Assembly: GCA_963798435.1 (NCBI GenBank) | Contig: CAWCTF010000005.1 | Location: forward strand, 44,169 to 108,168 | Origin: an uncultured Flavobacteriaceae bacterium | GTDB taxonomy: Bacteria > Bacteroidota > Bacteroidia > Flavobacteriales > Flavobacteriaceae | Length of the DNA stretch: 64,000 nucleotides | Direction of reading: 5' to 3' | The notes under the pieces: generated by a model | The model's database searches: none | What the model was told of the DNA's origin: nothing | Seen by the model: only the letters and a program-made list of their open reading frames with translations | Shown here: positions 61,902 through 64,000 of the stretch, one piece after another | How positions within the stretch are numbered: the first letter of the stretch is position 1 | How the letters are laid out: each line of letters starts with the position of its first letter | Translations under genes and position numbers: made by a program

Positions 61902-62603
61902 ATGAGGATTGCATTGTTTGGTTATGGGAAAATGGGAAAAATGATAGCACATGTGGCGCTACAAAGAAAGCATGAAATTGTCGCCAGAATCGATGTTGAC
62001 ACAAAAGAGATAGATTATTCTAAAATGGATGTGGCCATAGATTTTAGTATGCCGAATGCCGCTTTTCGAAATATTAGTAACTGCTTTGATCATGGAGTCC
62101 CGGTTATTTCTGGTACTACTGGCTGGTTGGACGAATACGAAAAAGTGGTCGCTATTTGCCATCAAAAGAACGGCGCTTTTATCTATGCTTCGAATTATAG
62201 TTTAGGTGTGAACCTATTTTTTGAATTAAACCGCCACTTGGCCCGAATACTAAATAAATTTGAGCAGTATACGGTGTCAATGGAAGAAATTCATCATACC
62301 CAGAAACTTGACGCCCCGAGTGGTACGGCGATTACATTGGCCGAAGGAATAATTGAAAATTCTCGGTATACCGCTTGGAAATCAGCGCAGGCACAACAGG
62401 ACGAAATTCCCATTGCTTCTAAAAGAATCGATGCCGTTCCGGGTACACATACTGTGGTCTATCATAGTACGGTAGACGATATTGAAATAAAACATACGGC
62501 GCATAATCGCGAAGGGTTTGCATTGGGAGCGGTAATCGCGGCAGAATGGCTTGTTGGAAAAAAAGGCGTGTACACGATGAAAGATGTACTGCAGCTAGAC
62601 TAA
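61902..62603 (+). CDS. dapB: 4-hydroxy-tetrahydrodipicolinate reductase
   Basis: 233 aa with the N-terminal GYGKMG Rossmann motif and EIHHTQKLDAPSGTA. Confidence 0.92.
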   Translation: MRIALFGYGKMGKMIAHVALQRKHEIVARIDVDTKEIDYSKMDVAIDFSMPNAAFRNISNCFDHGVPVISGTTGWLDEYEKVVAICHQKNGAFIYASNYSLGVNLFFELNRHLARILNKFEQYTVSMEEIHHTQKLDAPSGTAITLAEGIIENSRYTAWKSAQAQQDEIPIASKRIDAVPGTHTVVYHSTVDDIEIKHTAHNREGFALGAVIAAEWLVGKKGVYTMKDVLQLD

Positions 62604-62768
62604 TTTTGGGCAAAGAACCAGGCTAAATTAAACGTGTACTTTGTAAATTTTTTGGGAATACCTAAAATAAAGGACACTAATTGAAACAACAATACGCGAT
62701 TTGAATAAGGTATTTCATTAAACCTTTAATTTTGGAAATCGTAACTTATCAACATCAAAAGGCATAGG

Positions 62769-64000
62769 CATGAACGCGACAGGTTGGATTATTTTTATTC
62801 TAATTGTACAAGTAATCCATTTTTTGGGCACTTGGAAATTATATGTAAAAGCAGGAAGAAAAGCTTGGGAAGCCGCTGTTCCGGTCTATAATGCCATAAT
62901 TTTAATGAAAATCATCAACCGTCCTAAATGGTGGGTGTTCTTACTCTTTATACCCATTATCAACCTACTCATGTTTCCAGTGGTTTGGGTCGAGACCATT
63001 CGGAGTTTTGGTAGAAACAGTCTTCTTGAAACGTGGTTGGTCATCCTCACCTTGGGCTTCTATATATATTATGTGAATTATGCTTTGGATGTACACTATA
63101 TTGAAAATAGGAACCTACATCCCAGCACCGCCATGGGCGAATGGGTAAGCTCAATCGTTTTTGCCATTGTAGCGGCTACCTTGGTGCACACCTATTTCAT
63201 ACAGCCCTATGTAATTCCTACTGGATCTTTAGAGCGTACCCTTCGTATTGGCGATCTATTGTTTGTAAGTAAGTTTCATTATGGTGCTAGAACGCCCATG
63301 ACCGCTATAGCCGCTCCTATGGTACACGATACCTTGCCCATTTTAGGTACGAAGTCGTACCTCAATAAACCGCAGATACCGTATTTTCGGCTACCTGGTT
63401 TTAAAAAGATAGAACGTAATGAAATCGTTGTTTTTAGTTGGCCGGCCGATACCGTGCGAATATTTTTCAAAAAAGAAAAAGGTGTCGACAAACCCATCGA
63501 CAAAAAATCGAATTACGTGAAGCGTTGTGTCGGGCTTCCCGGGGATTCTTTGGAAGTTCGGGCCGGATATGTTTTCATTAATGGCAAACAGTTACAACTT
63601 TCGGACCGTGCCAAGCCACAATACGATTATTTAGTATATGCGAACAAAGGGGTATCGTCAAAACTATTGAATCAAGTCGGCGCAACCGACTTTACCAGAA
63701 AATACATTTCACCCCCGATAAACCAGCAACAGGCCGATTTAATCAATCCATTTATTTACGGATTTAATAGAAGGGAAGATGGTCAATTAGAGATTTACTC
63801 GAATGAAAATGGCATTCCCATTGAGACGATTCGAAAAAGCGGGCTTTCCCTTACCGAAGAAACGGGCCGGGAGCGAAAGGTACCCTTGACTGACGCTATG
63901 GTAAAGGCATTGCGCGCAGATGCCTCAATTGATTCTGTGGTGCGAATTGTAGAACCCAAAGGGCAACGGGGAGTGAATTTATTCCCTCAGAATCCATCAT
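62769..64000 (+). CDS. lepB: Signal peptidase I; 3' end beyond the window
   Basis: Open frame from the ATG at 62769 to the window edge; it is absent from the ORF track because it is truncated. My translation is MNATGWIIFILIV...IPTGSLERTLRIGDLLFVSKFHYG...VKRCVGLPGD. This contains the catalytic Ser region (GS(L/M)ExT) and the KRxxGxPGD box. Confidence 0.88.

Overview
This window looks like an ordinary chromosomal segment of a Flavobacteriaceae-type Bacteroidota genome. That assignment is inferred from gene content and synteny: a SusC/SusD pair, a T9SS type-B sorting domain, udk-ftsB and parA-parB-DUF5683-dapB-lepB gene order, and TAnnTTTG promoter boxes. I support about 43 protein-coding genes and found no tRNA, rRNA, CRISPR array, transposase or integrase. 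The content falls into these blocks:
- Envelope biogenesis: MlaD, a SPOR amidase, an LptD-like protein and TamB.
- Glycolysis: gap and pfkA.
- A SusC/SusD locus with a VCBS/ASPIC lipoprotein, a sulfatase and an esterase, but no glycoside hydrolase or regulator.
- One giant SprB-repeat adhesin of about 2843 aa with a T9SS type-B C-terminal domain.
- A PQQ-dehydrogenase plus cytochrome c pair.
- A DeoR-linked peptidoglycan and amino-sugar recycling island: murQ, a long nagB fused to an LmbE-like domain, an MFS transporter, ampG, nagZ and anmK.
- A DUF4212/SSS/acs acetate module.
- A housekeeping block: udk, ftsB, parAB, dapB and lepB.

The main directly visible anomaly is five single-base frameshifts. 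All sit at short mononucleotide runs, and they hit the Fe-S protein gene (twice), gap, rsmE and the adhesin. I read these as probable consensus errors rather than real pseudogenes. I found no clear novel defence-type or mobile system. The most hypothesis-rich items are the hydrolase-less SusC/D locus, the NagB-LmbE fusion in a locus with no nagA, and the adhesin.
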